A stretch of 64,000 nt of DNA from Balanoglossus misakiensis. Taxonomy: Eukaryota > Animalia > Hemichordata. Under the pieces are notes generated by a model. It searched no databases. It was not told the origin of the DNA and saw nothing but the letters and a program-made list of their open reading frames with translations. The translations under genes were made by a program, and so were the position numbers. Shown here piece by piece: positions 24,561 through 37,021 of the stretch. The stretch is from assembly GCA_040954595.2 (NCBI GenBank), contig CM082577.2:18636303-18700302 (forward strand), read 5' to 3'. The first letter of the stretch is position 1, and each line of letters starts with the position of its first letter.

Positions 24561-27500
24561 GTGTCGTTTTTTTGTCCAGCTAGATCTGGAGAACGGCTGA
24601 ACCTACCAATTTCAAACTTAGCACAATGGTGCAGGCCAATGAGAGCTGGTGCAGTACCCTCGTGAATGTTTAATTAGTCACGTGACCTGATGACCATATA
24701 TGGGCAAAATTTTCAAATCGCCCTAATTTGCATATGAATTGAGATATCAAAATTCTGTTCAGATACTTTATGGACCATATGGCCAGGGTTCTACATGCCA
24801 AATGTCAAGGCCATAGGCCATGTCAATTTTGAGGAGAAGATTTTTAAGTATTATTTTTCATATTTTTCGCCCAAGCCATCGGCCTATACTTTACATAGTA
24901 AAGCTATGACCACATATTATTTTGGATAAATATGCATACATATCTCAAAATCTGTTAGGCTGATCATCTCAAACTTTGGTGTGCAGCTAGCCTAGCATAT
25001 GTCAATAATTTTAAGCGAAAAAAAATAATATGAAAAATCGACCGATTTTTTTATATTATTTTTTTTATTAAATTTATACCTTTACTTATACCTCTATGGT
25101 TAAGCTATGTCCATGTTCTATTGTGGAATTCTGGTCTGTGCAATAGTCCTGTACAGTGACTGTCTATTGGTCAGTGAGCACAATGGCACCAAAATAAAAG
25201 GCACAATTTTAGGCTCACCTGTAACACCTGCTTAACTCATTAATTATGTGCATACCTAATTCTGGGCTAACTAAGAGGGCTAGAGGTTTCGTTCTTGTGG
25301 GACATGGACCAGTATAGGGTCAAAATTTTTTTCCCCAAATTTTGGGTGACCTCAGGTGACCTTTGACCTACTTTCCTATATCTCGGCATCCAGAGCAGGT
25401 ACAGACTTGGCGTTTGGAGGGTTGGGACTAAAATTGAAAAGCCAAAATGAAGGTCACCTGTGACACCTGCATATCTCATTAATTATGTGCATACCTAATT
25501 CCAGACTAACCAATAGGGCTATAGGTTTGGTTTTTGTTGAACATGGACCAGTATAGGGTCAAAATTTCTTGCCCAAATTTTGTATTACCTCAGGTGACCT
25601 TTGACCTACTTTACCATATCTTGGCATCCAGAGCAGGTACCAACTTGGCGTTTGGTGGGTTGGGACTAAAATTGAAAAGGCAAAATTGGGGGTCACCTGT
25701 GACACCTGCCTACCTCATTAATTATGTGCATACCTAATTCCAGGCTAACCAATAGGGCTATAGGTTTGTTTTTTTGTTGAACATGGACCAGTATAGGGTC
25801 AAAATTTCTTGCCCAAATTTTGTATGACCTCAGGTGACCTTTGACCTACTTTACCATATCTTGGCATCCAGAGCAGGTACCAACTTGGCGTTTGGAGGGT
25901 TGGGACTAAAATTGAAAAGGCAAAATTGGGGGTCACCTGTGACACCTGCCTACCTCATTAATTATGTGCATACCTAATTCCAGGCTAACCAATAGGGCTA
26001 TAGGTTTGGTTTTTGTTGAACATGGACCAGTAAAGGGTAAAAATTTCTTGCCTAAATTTTGCATGAACTCAGGTGACCTTTGACCTAATTTACCATATCT
26101 TGGCATCCAGAGCAGATATGCTTATTGCTATGTTGCTATGTGTTATGTTGGCTTGGGCCCGCTATTGCTGCTTGCAGCTATATTTCTACTTCTTCTTGGG
26201 CACTTTTTTCGGCCAGGTAGATCTGAAAAACTGCTGAACCCACAAATCTCAAATTTGGCACAATGGTGCAGGCCAATGAGAGCTGGTGCAGTACCCTCGT
26301 GAATGTTCAATAAGTCATGTGACCTGATGACCATATATGGGCAAAATTTTCAAATCGGCCTTATTTGCATATGCACGGAGATATCAAAATTCTTTTAGCA
26401 ACTTTTGTGAACCATGTGGTCAGGGTTCTACATGCCAAATGTCAAGGCCATAGGCCTTGTCAATTTTGAGAAGAAGATTTTTAAGTATTATTTTTCATAT
26501 TTTTCGGCCAAGCCATCGGCCTATACTATACATAGTTAAGCTTTGACCACATTTTATTTTGGATGAATATGCATACATATCTCAAAATATGTTGGGCCGA
26601 TCAACTCCAAGTTTGGTGTGCAGGTAGCTTAGCATTTGCCAATAATTCTAAGCGAAAAAAATTAGTATGAAAAATCGACCGATTTTTTTATATTAATTTT
26701 TTTATGAAATTTATACCTTTACTTATACCTCTATGGTTAAGCTATGTCCACGTCTTATTGTAGAATTCTGGTCTGTGCAATGTTCCTGTACACTGACTGT
26801 CTATTGGCCCGTGCGCAGAATGGGACCAAAATAAAAGACAAAATTTTGGGCTCACCTGTAACACCTGCTTAACTCATTAATTATGCACATACCTCATTCC
26901 GGGCTAACTAATAGGGCTAGAGGTATTGTTCTTGTGTGACAAGGACTAGTATGGGGTCAAAAATGTTTACCAAATTTTCGGTGACCTCAGGTGACCTTTG
27001 ACCTACTTTCCTATATCTCGGCATCCAGAGCAGGTACAGACTTGGCGTTTGGAGGGTTGTGACTAAAATTGAAAAGCCAAAATGGGGATCACCTGTGACA
27101 CCTGCATATCTCATTAATTATGTGCATACCTAATTCCAGGCTAACCAGTAGAGCTATAGGTTTGGTTTTTGTTGAACATGGACCAGTATAGGGTCAAAAT
27201 TTCTTGCCCAAATTTCGCATGACCTCAGGTGACCTTTGACCTACTTTACCATATCTTGGCATCCTGAGCAGGTACAGACTTGGCGTTTGGAGGGTTGGGA
27301 TTAAAATTGAAAAGCCGAATTGGCGCTCACCTCTGTCACCTGCATATCTCATTAATTATGTGCATACCTAATTCCAGGCTAACCAATAGAGCTATAGGTT
27401 TGGTTTTTATTGAACATGAACCAGTATAGGGTCAAAATTTCTTGCCCAAATTTTGCATGACCTCAGGTGACCTTTGACCTACTTTACCAGATCTCGGCAT

Positions 27501-30500
27501 CCAGAGCAGGTACAGGCTTGGCGTTTGGAGGGTTGGGACTAAAATTGGAAAGCCAAATTGGGGGTCAGTTGTGACACCTGCCTACCTCATTAATTATGTG
27601 CATACCTAATTCCAGGCTAACCAATAGGGCTATAGGTTTGGTTTTTGTTGAACATGGACCAGTATAGGGTCAAAATTTCTTGCCCAAATTTTGCATGAAC
27701 TCAGTTGACCTTTGACCTACTTTACCATATCTTGACATCCAGAGTAGATATGCTTATTGCTATGTTGCTATGTGCTATGTTGGCTTGGGCCCGCTATTGC
27801 TGCTTGCAGCTATATTCTTCTACTTCTTCTTCTTCTTGTGTCATTTTTTTGTCCAGCTAGATCTTGAAAACGGCTGAACCTACAAATCTCACATTTGGCA
27901 CAATGGTGCAGGCCAATGAGAGCTAGTGCAGTACCCTTGTGAATGTTAAATTAGTCACGTGACCTGATGACCATATATGGGCAAAGTTTTCAAATCGACC
28001 TAATTTGCATATGAATGGAGATATCAAAATTCTTTTAGCAACTTTTGCGGACCATGTGGCCAGGGTTCTACATGCCAAATGTCAAGGCCATTGGCCATTC
28101 CAATTTTGAGAAGAAGATTTTTAAGTATTATTTTTCATATTTTTTACCAAGCCATGGGCCTATACTTTCCATAGTAAAGCCATGACCACATATTATTTTG
28201 GATAAATATGCATACATATCTCAAAATCTGTCAGGCCAATCTTCTTCAACTTTGGTATGCAGCTAGCCTAGCATTTGTCAATAATTTTAAGCGAAAAAAA
28301 ATAGTATGAAAAATCGACCGATTTTTTTATATTAATTTTTTTATTAAATAATACCTTTACTTATACCTCTATGGATAAGCTATGTCCATGTCTTATTGTG
28401 GAATTCTGGTCTGTGCAATAGTCCTGTACAGTGACTGTCTATTGGTCGGTGAGCACAATGGCACCAAAATAAAAGGCACAATTTTAGGCTCACCTGTAAC
28501 ACCTGCTTAACTCATTAATTATGTGCATACCTAATTCTGGGCTAAATAAGAGGGCTAGAGGTTTCGTTCTTGTGGGACATGGACCAGTATAGGGTCAAAA
28601 TTTCTTGCCCAAATTTTGGGTGACCTCAGGTGACCTTTGACCTACTTTCCTATATCTTGGCATCCAGAGCAGGTACAGACTTGGCGTTTGGAGGGTTGGG
28701 ACTAAAATTGAAAAGGCAACACTGGGGGTCACCTGTGACACCTGCTTAACTCATTAATTATGTGCATACCTAATTCTGGGTTAACTAAGAGGGCTAGAGG
28801 TTTCGTTCTTGTGGGACATGGACCAGTATAGGGTCAAAATTTCTTGCCCAAATTTTGGGTGACCTCAGGTGACCTTTGACCTACTTTCCTATATCTCCGC
28901 ATCCAGAGCAGGTACAGACTTGGCGTTTGGAGGGTTGGGACTAAAATTGAAAAGCCAAAATTGGGGTCACCTGTGACACCTGCTTATCTCATTAATTATG
29001 TGCATACCTAATTCCAGGCTAAGCAATAGGGCTAGAGGTTTGATTTATGCTGACCATGGACCAGTATGGGGTCAAAATTTTTTGCCCAAATTTTGGGTGA
29101 CCTCAGGTGACCTTTGACCTACTTTACCATATCTCGGCATCCACAGCAGATACAGCCTTGGCATTTGGAGGGATGGAACTCCTGATGGAGCCTTACACTT
29201 TATCTCATTAATTATGCGCATACCTAATTGTAGGCGAACCAATAGGGCTAGAGATTTTGTTCTTGTGGGACACGGACCAGTATGGGGGTCAAAATTTCTT
29301 GCCCAAATTTCGGGTGACCTCTTATGACCTTTGACATTCGGCTTAAGCTTGGGCCCGTCATCGCTGCTTGCAGCTATATTCTTCTACTTCTTTTTTTTCT
29401 TGTGTAGTTTTTTCGGCCAGCTAGATCTGGAAAACGGCTAAACCTACCAATTTCAAACTTGGCACAGTGGTGCAGGCCAATGAGAGCTGGTGCAGTACCC
29501 TTGTGAATGTTTAATTAGTCACGTGACCTGATGACCATATATGGGCAAAATTTTCAAATAGGCCTAATTTGCATATGAATGGAGATATCAAAATTCTGTT
29601 AAGATACTTTGTGGGCCATATGGCCAGGGTTGTACATGCCAAATGTCAAGGCCATAGGCCATGTCATATTTGAGAAGAAGATTTTTAAGTATTATTTTTC
29701 ATATTTTTCGCCCAAGCCATCGGCGTATACTTTACATAGTAAAGCTATGACCACATATTACTTTGGATAAATATGCATACATATCTCAAAATCTGTTAGG
29801 CCGATCATCTCAAACTTTGGTGTGCAGCTAGCCTAGCATTTGTCAATAATTTTTAGCGAAATAAAATAATATGAAAAATCGACCGATTTTTTTATATTAA
29901 TTTCTTTATTAAATTTATACCTTTACTTATACTATACCTCTATGGTTAAGGTATGTCCATGTCTTATTGTGGAATTCTGGTCTGTGCAATAGTCCTATAC
30001 AGTGACTGTCTATTGGTCAGTGAGCACAATGGCACCAAAATAAAAGGCAAAATTTTAGGCTCACCTGTAACACCTGCTTAACTCATTAATTATGTGCATA
30101 CCTAATTATGGGCTAACTAAGAGGGCTAGAGGTTTCGTTCTTGTGGGACATGGACCAGTATAGGGTCAAAATTTCTTGCCCAAATTTTGCTTGACCTCGG
30201 GTGACCTTTGACCTACTTTCCTATATCTCGGCATACAGAGCAGGTACAGACTTGGCGTTTGGAGGGTTGGGACTAAATTGAAAAGGCAAAATTGGGGGTC
30301 ACCTGTGACACCGGCCTACCTCATTAATTATGTGCATACCTAATTCCAGGCTAACCAATAGGGCTATAGGTTTGGTTTTTGTTGAACATGGACCAGTATA
30401 GGGTCAAAATTTCTTGCCCAAATTTTGCATTAACTCAGGTGACCTTTGACCTACTTTCCCATATCTTGGCATCCAGAGCTGATATGCTTATTGCTATGTT

Positions 30501-31054
30501 GCTATGTGCTATGTTGGCTTGGGCCCGCTATTGCTGCTTGCAGCTATATTTCTTCTTCTTCTTCTTGTGCCGTTTTTTTCGTCAAGTACATCTTGAAATC
30601 GGCTGAACCTACAAATCTCAAACTTGGCACAATGGTGCAGGCCAATAAGAGCATGAGCTGTACACTTGTGAATGTTTAATAAGTCATGTGACCTTATGAC
30701 CATATTTGGGCAAAATGTTCAAATCGGCCTTATTTGCATATACATGGAGATATCAAAATTCTTTTAGCAACTTTTGCTGACCATGGGGTCATTGTCCTAC
30801 ATGCCAAATATCAAGGCCATGGGCCATGTCAATTTTGAGAAGAAGATTTTTAAGTATTATTTTTCATATTTTTCGCCCAAGCCATGGGCCTATACGTTAC
30901 ATAGTAAAGCTATGACCACATATTATTTTGGATAAATATGCATACATATCTCAAAATCATCTCAAACTTTGGTGTGCAGCTAGCCTAGCATTTGTCAATC
31001 ATTTTAAGTGAAAAAAATGATATGAAAAATCGACCGATTTTTTTATATTAATTT
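24422..31054 (-). mobile_element. Two stacked hairpins (24422-24520) plus family-A non-autonomous bodies ending at 26184, 27816, 29380 and 30550, and a partial body to 31054
   Basis: Same termini. Each complete body carries 2-4 copies of the ~240-bp internal repeat. Confidence 0.82.
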
Positions 31055-31110
31055 TTAGGGCCCAAGCCCAGCAGGCTTGGGCCCTATTGGTATTACTGGG
31101 GTTTTTCTTC

Positions 31111-31142
<32 letters not shown>

Positions 31143-31215
31143 CTTCTTCTTCTTCTTCTTGTGTCGTTTTTTTTGTCCAGCTAGATCTTGAAAACGGCTG
31201 AACCTACAAATCTCA

Positions 31216-31318
31216 TATTCAAAGCCGCATCACTGAGTGATATGGATCCGCAATATGCAAATTTGTGGGGTATAAATAGGTAACAATGCAGCCGGACTTT
31301 CTCCCTCATTTGCAACAG
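31216..31318 (+). repeat. Split direct repeat A1 (103 bp), containing TATAAATA at 31271-31278; A2 at 37022-37124
   Basis: TATTCAAAGCCGCATCACTGAG...CTCATTTGCAACAG is present twice. Confidence 0.93.
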
Positions 31319-31338
31319 TCACACGTTGCACACACATC

Positions 31339-31536
31339 ATGGCTTCGTCGCAACCAGCTGCACCAGCCGCTACGGCATTCGTTGAACAGCACCGGCCAGC
31401 CCGGGCGTCTACGGCCCCACAGCCGCCTCCTGCTGCTGCGTTACACGGTGGAAATCCGCAGCCTGCTACTGGTCCTGCGATTAGTGCGACAGCTAGAGGA
31501 GAGCCCCAACCAGTCACAAAAAAGGATACCAGCCAG
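31339..31536 (+). CDS. Putative leader exon of the PAT-like element (66 aa, Ala/Pro/Gln-rich)
   Basis: ATG in good context (ATCATGG) ~60 bp after the TATA box. Exactly 66 codons, then donor CAG/GTGAGC at 31537 (phase 0). Confidence 0.65.
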
Positions 31537-32157
31537 GTGAGCTCCTGTTTCGATTACGTGGTTTCTGCGTTGGTGCGTGGCTGGTAACGTGCTTCTTTCC
31601 GTTGTTTCTCTCGCTCGCTCTCCCTCTCTCTCTCTCATTCTTCGCGGTGTGTTCGTGTGTTCCACGCTGTTTTCCGTCCTAGGTAGTTTTTATGGTTGCT
31701 GGCTGTTTCCCCCAGCTCCTCTGCAGGTGTGTGTGCCTGTCGATATGGTATGAGCGACAGGTGCGTATCTTGCGTTCTCTTTCTCACTTTTGCTCTCTCT
31801 TTCACTCTCTCTCTCGATACGTTTTAGTCATGTACCCTATGTTTTCGTATGTCATACACGTTTATGTTGAGCGTGGCCCAGGTAGGCTGAACGCCTGCGA
31901 GGGTGGCCATGAGATCGGCCAGGCAGTAACCCGGGGTCGCTGCGAGGGTGCCGATAGTTTAAGGCCCAGGTAGGCGAGTGCCTGCGAGGGTGGCCTGATG
32001 TGATTGGTTAGGCAGGAACCCAGTGACGAGTGATGGGTGCTTCAGGGGTATCAATGGATTGATACTGTATGCGGTGGCTTGCACAAAACGAGTAAGAATT
32101 ACGTTCATAAGCTTGAACTATATCAGCAATAATACCATGTACTGTGCTTGGTTTCAG

Positions 32158-32619
32158 GCGAGCGAGTTAGAAGCACTCAAACGGCAGGTGAAACGACTGC
32201 AGGATATAGCAGAGACTGCGTCTGTAGATGATGCTTTAACAAAAGTTATGGAAATGGCTCACACACCCGCACTGTCAACTCGTCAACAGCTAATTACTGC
32301 TTTGCGGGCGCTGGTGGATAGGGCTACTGTAGCCGCCCACCCCAAGTTATCTAGATTTAGAGCTGTCCTGGCGCAGTTCGAATCCAACGAATTTGGAAAG
32401 GATGCAGGGCGTCTGTTGGTGTTACTCCTAGGGAACAAGGAGGAGGAAGAGATCGCGGCGAAAGTTACCAAGTTTTTGCGACACTCGCCGCGTCACCCCC
32501 AGAGTCAACGATATGAGCCATACAACCGACAGAGAAGGAATGTTAATAACATTACCTGCTATGCATGTGGAGAAGCTGGCCATATGGCCAGAGCTTGCCC
32601 TACTAAAAAGAAGTCTTAG
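32158..32619 (+). CDS. gag: Gag-like protein with C-terminal CCHC zinc knuckle
   Basis: CYACGEAGHMARAC. Coiled-coil-like ELEALKRQVKRLQD begins right after the acceptor GTTTCAG (32157). Confidence 0.82.
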   Translation, partial: ASELEALKRQVKRLQDIAETASVDDALTKVMEMAHTPALSTRQQLITALRALVDRATVAAHPKLSRFRAVLAQFESNEFGKDAGRLLVLLLGNKEEEEIAAKVTKFLRHSPRHPQSQRYEPYNRQRRNVNNITCYACGEAGHMARACPTKKKS

Positions 32620-32891
32620 ATTACACGGACTTTGTGATTTGCGTGGCACGCTCTTTTCATGGTTCACACACTGATATGTAATTCATTTGAGTATCTATAT
32701 TAAAGATTTCGTTCGAGAGGAATAACTGTAGATTGTGTTTCTTTTCCCCCCTTGTCCCTGTTCCCGATTTCTCCATGCATGCTTTGCCATTTTGCATTAC
32801 CGTTATATCCCGCACACAGGGAAGGCCCATGTGGCCCTTTGCATTTTGCAACCTTGCGTTTGCGAGGTCCTGTCTAGGGATTCCCTCGAGC

Positions 32892-32931
<40 letters not shown>

Positions 32932-32987
32932 CTGTAGGTTTCGGGCTGATCTCTTTTCTCATACATACCTTGTTAATTGTCTTACAG

Positions 32988-35165
32988 GGGGTACCACAGC
33001 CCTGGGAAAAATTCTCTTCTGAACTTTGGCCAGTTAGACGTTCTACTTACGCATGGGTAACACTTGAGGGAGTCCCTCAACAGGACCGAAGTGCTCAGTC
33101 CCCGGACCCACATGAAGTGGCAGCCGGTTTGTGCAAGGCATCTCCCAGCCTCCTCCAGTTCCGAAACCCTCACGACTTCATAGCTGGGGAAGTACACAGA
33201 CACCAGGCGATATGGCGGCAAATGGCTCATGACACTAGTAATCAGGCTCAAATTATGAATTGGATTAGGGAAGGGGCTAACGTGACTGAATATTTTCAGC
33301 CGTTTAAGGGAACATTTAAGGGAGTTTTCTACGACACTCCTACCCCTCCTGCAAAGGTCTTTGCAAATGCCCCAGCTTGTCAACAATTTATAGATTTTAT
33401 ATCAAGTACGATTAATGAAAAAATTAAAACCGGGGCGATATCAGCTGTAGGTTTGGTCGGAATTGATCCTCCACCGCATATTGTGATGCCTATCACAATA
33501 GAGCCTAAAAAGCCCCGGATGTGTATCGACATGAGGTACCTTAATCTGTGGATGGTAGATAAACCCTTTAAACTAGATAAACTAATAGAAGTTTCACGTT
33601 ATCTGAACCAGTATGATTATCATTTTAAATCAGATGACAAAAGTGGGTATGATCATGTGTTTATCAGAGAGGAGGATCGCACATATTTTGGTTTTCAGTG
33701 GGCCGGATACTGGTTTGTTAATAACACATTGCCGTTTGGTTGGAAATCTTCAGCATACATTTATCATACGTTAGGGTACACAATAACTAGTCACGCGCGT
33801 ATGCTCGGTGTTCCATGCTTGCAATATATAGATGACAGGCATGGGGGGCCTTTGAGAATTGCAGGGGCCTTCCGCTTAAATGCGAGCCACTGGACGAGCC
33901 TCGAGCTGACCGAAGCATCTGCCTACATCTTGTTAAAATTATGTATTGACGCAGGTTACTTTATAGCCCTGGAAAAAAGTGTACTTTCGCCAGTCCAATC
34001 CTTGGTCCTCCTGGGTATGACGGTAGATTCCGTCCAGCGGGCCTTCAGTATACCAGATTTAAAGAAGGCACGTTTTGTAGAGTTGGTTAGATACGCCTTA
34101 TTACGATCTGCAATCCTGGTCACAGAATTGCAAAAAATAATGGGAAAGTGTATCTCGTTCTCCCTCGCGATTCCGTGCGCTAGGCTGTATATACGACGAA
34201 TGGCTCGCGCACTGGCCAGTGCGCAAGTGTCAGCACGAAGCCTTGTTCAGATTAAAGGCCCTCTCAGACGCGAACTCAGCCAATGGTTGGAAATTGTCGA
34301 GACAGCAGGGACTTTTAGGTGGCCAGACGAAACTCACGTTATACTGAAAATGTACACTGATGCCAGTTCATATAAATGGGGGGCGGTGTTTCAGCCACAT
34401 TCGGAAAAAGCAGTTACCGTAAGTGATGGTTGGGAGGAGGAATGGCAAAAAAAGTCGATTATCCATAAAGAAACTGAAGCTCTTTGTAGAGCCCTCACGG
34501 CATTTAGCCAAGAAGTTTCAAATTCTCGTCTCGACGTTTTGTCAGACTCATTAATCCTTGTGCATGCCTGGAACCAGGGGTACCCGGGATCTAAATCTGT
34601 GCAGTTAAATGAATTGCTAAAGAAAATTTTCCACTTCTGTGTTACCCATAATACCCGCCTAACAATTGCTCACGTCCGCTCACACCAGAATCTAGCCGAT
34701 TTTGCCTCTAGAGAGTTAGACATGTGCCACGCGAAATTGTCAGATAGAGCATGGGCTATAGTGCAGAAGGAGTGTGGCCCCCACTCTATTGACGCTATGG
34801 CCACGTCATCGAACGCCAGACTCGAGAGTTTTGTGTCCCCATTTCCACAGGCCGATAGTGCTGGGGTAAATTTTTTCCACTATCACTTCTCGCCAAGGGA
34901 TAGAATTTACGTGTATCCGCCTTTCCATCTCACGCATGCCGTCATTAAACACGTTAGGCAAATGCATTTGAATGCTACCATCATCGTCCATAAACGCTGC
35001 GCTTACCCCTCGTATTGGCCGGAGATCCGGCAGTCAGCGTCAAAATTCGTAAAACTGGCTGAGGAGGGTGACATGGGAGTAATCCTAGCGCCCTCACGAG
35101 AGGGGTATAAGCCATGTAGAGCTCCGTGTGCACTGTTCGCTGTTAAATTGGTACGTCATGAGTGA
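32988..35165 (+). CDS. pol: Reverse transcriptase - RNase H - methyltransferase-like polyprotein
   Basis: RT: DDKSGYDHV, LPFGW, YIDD. RNase H: YTDASS, HKETEAL, SDS, NLADFASR. MT-like: IDAMAT..N, YVYPPF. The ORF-track extension from 32733 runs through a poly(A) tract and is likely intronic; acceptor TCTTACAG at 32987. Confidence 0.92.
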   Translation, partial: GVPQPWEKFSSELWPVRRSTYAWVTLEGVPQQDRSAQSPDPHEVAAGLCKASPSLLQFRNPHDFIAGEVHRHQAIWRQMAHDTSNQAQIMNWIREGANVTEYFQPFKGTFKGVFYDTPTPPAKVFANAPACQQFIDFISSTINEKIKTGAISAVGLVGIDPPPHIVMPITIEPKKPRMCIDMRYLNLWMVDKPFKLDKLIEVSRYLNQYDYHFKSDDKSGYDHVFIREEDRTYFGFQWAGYWFVNNTLPFGWKSSAYIYHTLGYTITSHARMLGVPCLQYIDDRHGGPLRIAGAFRLNASHWTSLELTEASAYILLKLCIDAGYFIALEKSVLSPVQSLVLLGMTVDSVQRAFSIPDLKKARFVELVRYALLRSAILVTELQKIMGKCISFSLAIPCARLYIRRMARALASAQVSARSLVQIKGPLRRELSQWLEIVETAGTFRWPDETHVILKMYTDASSYKWGAVFQPHSEKAVTVSDGWEEEWQKKSIIHKETEALCRALTAFSQEVSNSRLDVLSDSLILVHAWNQGYPGSKSVQLNELLKKIFHFCVTHNTRLTIAHVRSHQNLADFASRELDMCHAKLSDRAWAIVQKECGPHSIDAMATSSNARLESFVSPFPQADSAGVNFFHYHFSPRDRIYVYPPFHLTHAVIKHVRQMHLNATIIVHKRCAYPSYWPEIRQSASKFVKLAEEGDMGVILAPSREGYKPCRAPCALFAVKLVRHE

Positions 35166-35339
35166 GAACACAATGGGTGTACACTGCGCTCGAGTCAGGA
35201 TGTATGACATTTTAGCCCAATATGAGAAGTAGAAAAGACGAAAAATAACGACAACAACAGAATAACAGCAACAATAAGGAAAAGAAAAAGAAAAACCTCT
35301 TGATTTGGTAATTATATTAATGTTCATTTCCTCACACAG

Positions 35340-36620
35340 CAAGCATGTTGGATGTGTGGTACGACCAATGGTGCTTCCCAACGATGCAAGGCGTGTGGCA
35401 CAAAAGTGCCCCTACAGCCACAGCAGCCCATCCATGATAGTGGTAGCACACTTAATCTTGAAGCCATCGACAGTAGAATGAAGGAAGTGCTGGGTAATCG
35501 GTCGGCACACGACATACAAAAGGATCGTTTAATCCAACAATTCGAAGCTTTCCTAACAGGGTTGGATGAACCAAAATCATTATTGATGGCATCAGCACAA
35601 GATATAGTTCGGTTTCTCATTTATAAGGACAAGGATGCTAAAACACAAGTACACGCAATAATCTGTCCCTATTTAGGTCTCCCTGGATATCAACAATGCC
35701 AATGCCCTAAGAGAATTCGTGTTACCACAGCTAAGAATATGGTTTCAAAATTGAAAACATTCTATCAAGCCTTTTCCTCACAGGTCGGTTTAGATAGGCC
35801 TAACCCGGTAGAATCGCCTTTGGTCGCTAGATACTTAAAGAAAATAGCAGAAGAACAAGCAAGAGCCATGATAACAGCAAAACAGGCCACACCCCTTTTT
35901 ATAAATAAATTGAAGCTGGTTTTTGAGCATATACTTAATCAGATGGTGTCATCTACCGCACCAGCTCGCATGTACGTATTGGCAAGGGATCTCGCATATT
36001 TTAAGATGTTATCCTTTTCAGGGGACAGGGCACATGACCTAGGTCATGTCAAGACTCAGGAAATTATGCGTTTTCCCGATAACTCTGGATTATTATTCAA
36101 TCATACTTTTGGAAAAACCTTGAGAGGCTCGTCTACTAATGTATTTGCAATTAAGCGATGCGCCGATCCCTTCGTATGTCCAGTTAACACCGTCGAAGCT
36201 TATTTCAAGCTGGCGCAGAGTGTTGGAATCGATTTGTCAACGGGTTATCTCTTCCGGCCAATCAATTCACATGGCTCTACGGATCAAAAACCTTTCTCAT
36301 CTCAATTGGCGTATTCCCGACTAAAAACCTACTTACAAAAAGTAGGGATAGATGCAGGTGAAACTCCTCATGGCTGCAGAAGTGCTTGCGCTATTTCCCT
36401 GGCTATGGAGGGTAATGACCTTCATGCGCTAATGAGCCATGTGGGTTGGCGGGCAGAAGAGACAGCCAACTATTATATGCAACTAGCAAAAGTAACTCAA
36501 GTTGGAGCCATAGCAGATAGCTTAATGGCTATAGTGGATAATTTAGACCAGAAAGCAGAGGCTTATCAATATATGAACGACCTGGTGGGCTTCTCTAAGG
36601 CCTTTCCCAGTAGTCATTAA
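35340..36620 (+). CDS. Tyrosine recombinase with N-terminal CxxC-x9-CxxC finger
   Basis: RDLAY..SGDRAHDL (R), GKT (K), HGCR (HxxR), HVGW..ANYY (W, Y). First ATG at 35352; acceptor CTCACACAG at 35339. Confidence 0.92.
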   Translation, partial: QACWMCGTTNGASQRCKACGTKVPLQPQQPIHDSGSTLNLEAIDSRMKEVLGNRSAHDIQKDRLIQQFEAFLTGLDEPKSLLMASAQDIVRFLIYKDKDAKTQVHAIICPYLGLPGYQQCQCPKRIRVTTAKNMVSKLKTFYQAFSSQVGLDRPNPVESPLVARYLKKIAEEQARAMITAKQATPLFINKLKLVFEHILNQMVSSTAPARMYVLARDLAYFKMLSFSGDRAHDLGHVKTQEIMRFPDNSGLLFNHTFGKTLRGSSTNVFAIKRCADPFVCPVNTVEAYFKLAQSVGIDLSTGYLFRPINSHGSTDQKPFSSQLAYSRLKTYLQKVGIDAGETPHGCRSACAISLAMEGNDLHALMSHVGWRAEETANYYMQLAKVTQVGAIADSLMAIVDNLDQKAEAYQYMNDLVGFSKAFPSSH

Positions 36621-36944
36621 TTAGTATATCCGCATTGTGTAGCGCGAGTCCAGAAAACTACCTTTCTCCGATAAGCAAATAAGATAGAGAGGTAGGGTTT
36701 CAGACGTTCTCCTTGTGTAACCTATTGTTGAAATGACATATGCAATAAATAAGTCTTCAGGCAAAATACATGTGTATCTCTTTTGTGTGCGTACATGTAT
36801 GTAGGATAGGGGAGTAGAATTGTGAAATGGGTGTGGGGTATGGGGGGTTAGGATTTGGAATGGGCATGTGCATGATATGTTCTGATATATCAGATTTAAG
36901 GAGGCGGGTACGTATGTATGAGGCATGGTGTTCACGCCAGGAGA

Positions 36945-37021
36945 GCCACCCAGAACTTCGACCCAATCCTATAACAATAGGCATATCCTTGAGCGAAGTG
37001 ATAAGGCTTTAAATATTAAGT
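36945..37021 (+). repeat. Split direct repeat B1 (77 bp); B2 at 37243-37319
   Basis: GCCACCCAGAACTTCGACC...AAATATTAAGT is present twice. B1 abuts A2, reproducing the circle junction AAGT|TATTC. Confidence 0.93.

Noticed and set aside
31279-31318. GT...AG mini-intron inside repeat A (TAG/GTAAC...TTTGCAACAG)
   Set aside because: Only ~39 nt and it starts immediately after the TATA box, probably upstream of the transcription start. No further support.
31893-31996. Three short CTGCGAGGGTG repeats in the PAT-like first intron
   Set aside because: Real but short and degenerate; no function can be supported.
32733-32987. Poly-lysine N-terminus of the 810-aa pol ORF
   Set aside because: It comes from an ~32-nt poly(A) run and a non-ATG start in low-complexity, intron-like sequence before a good acceptor.
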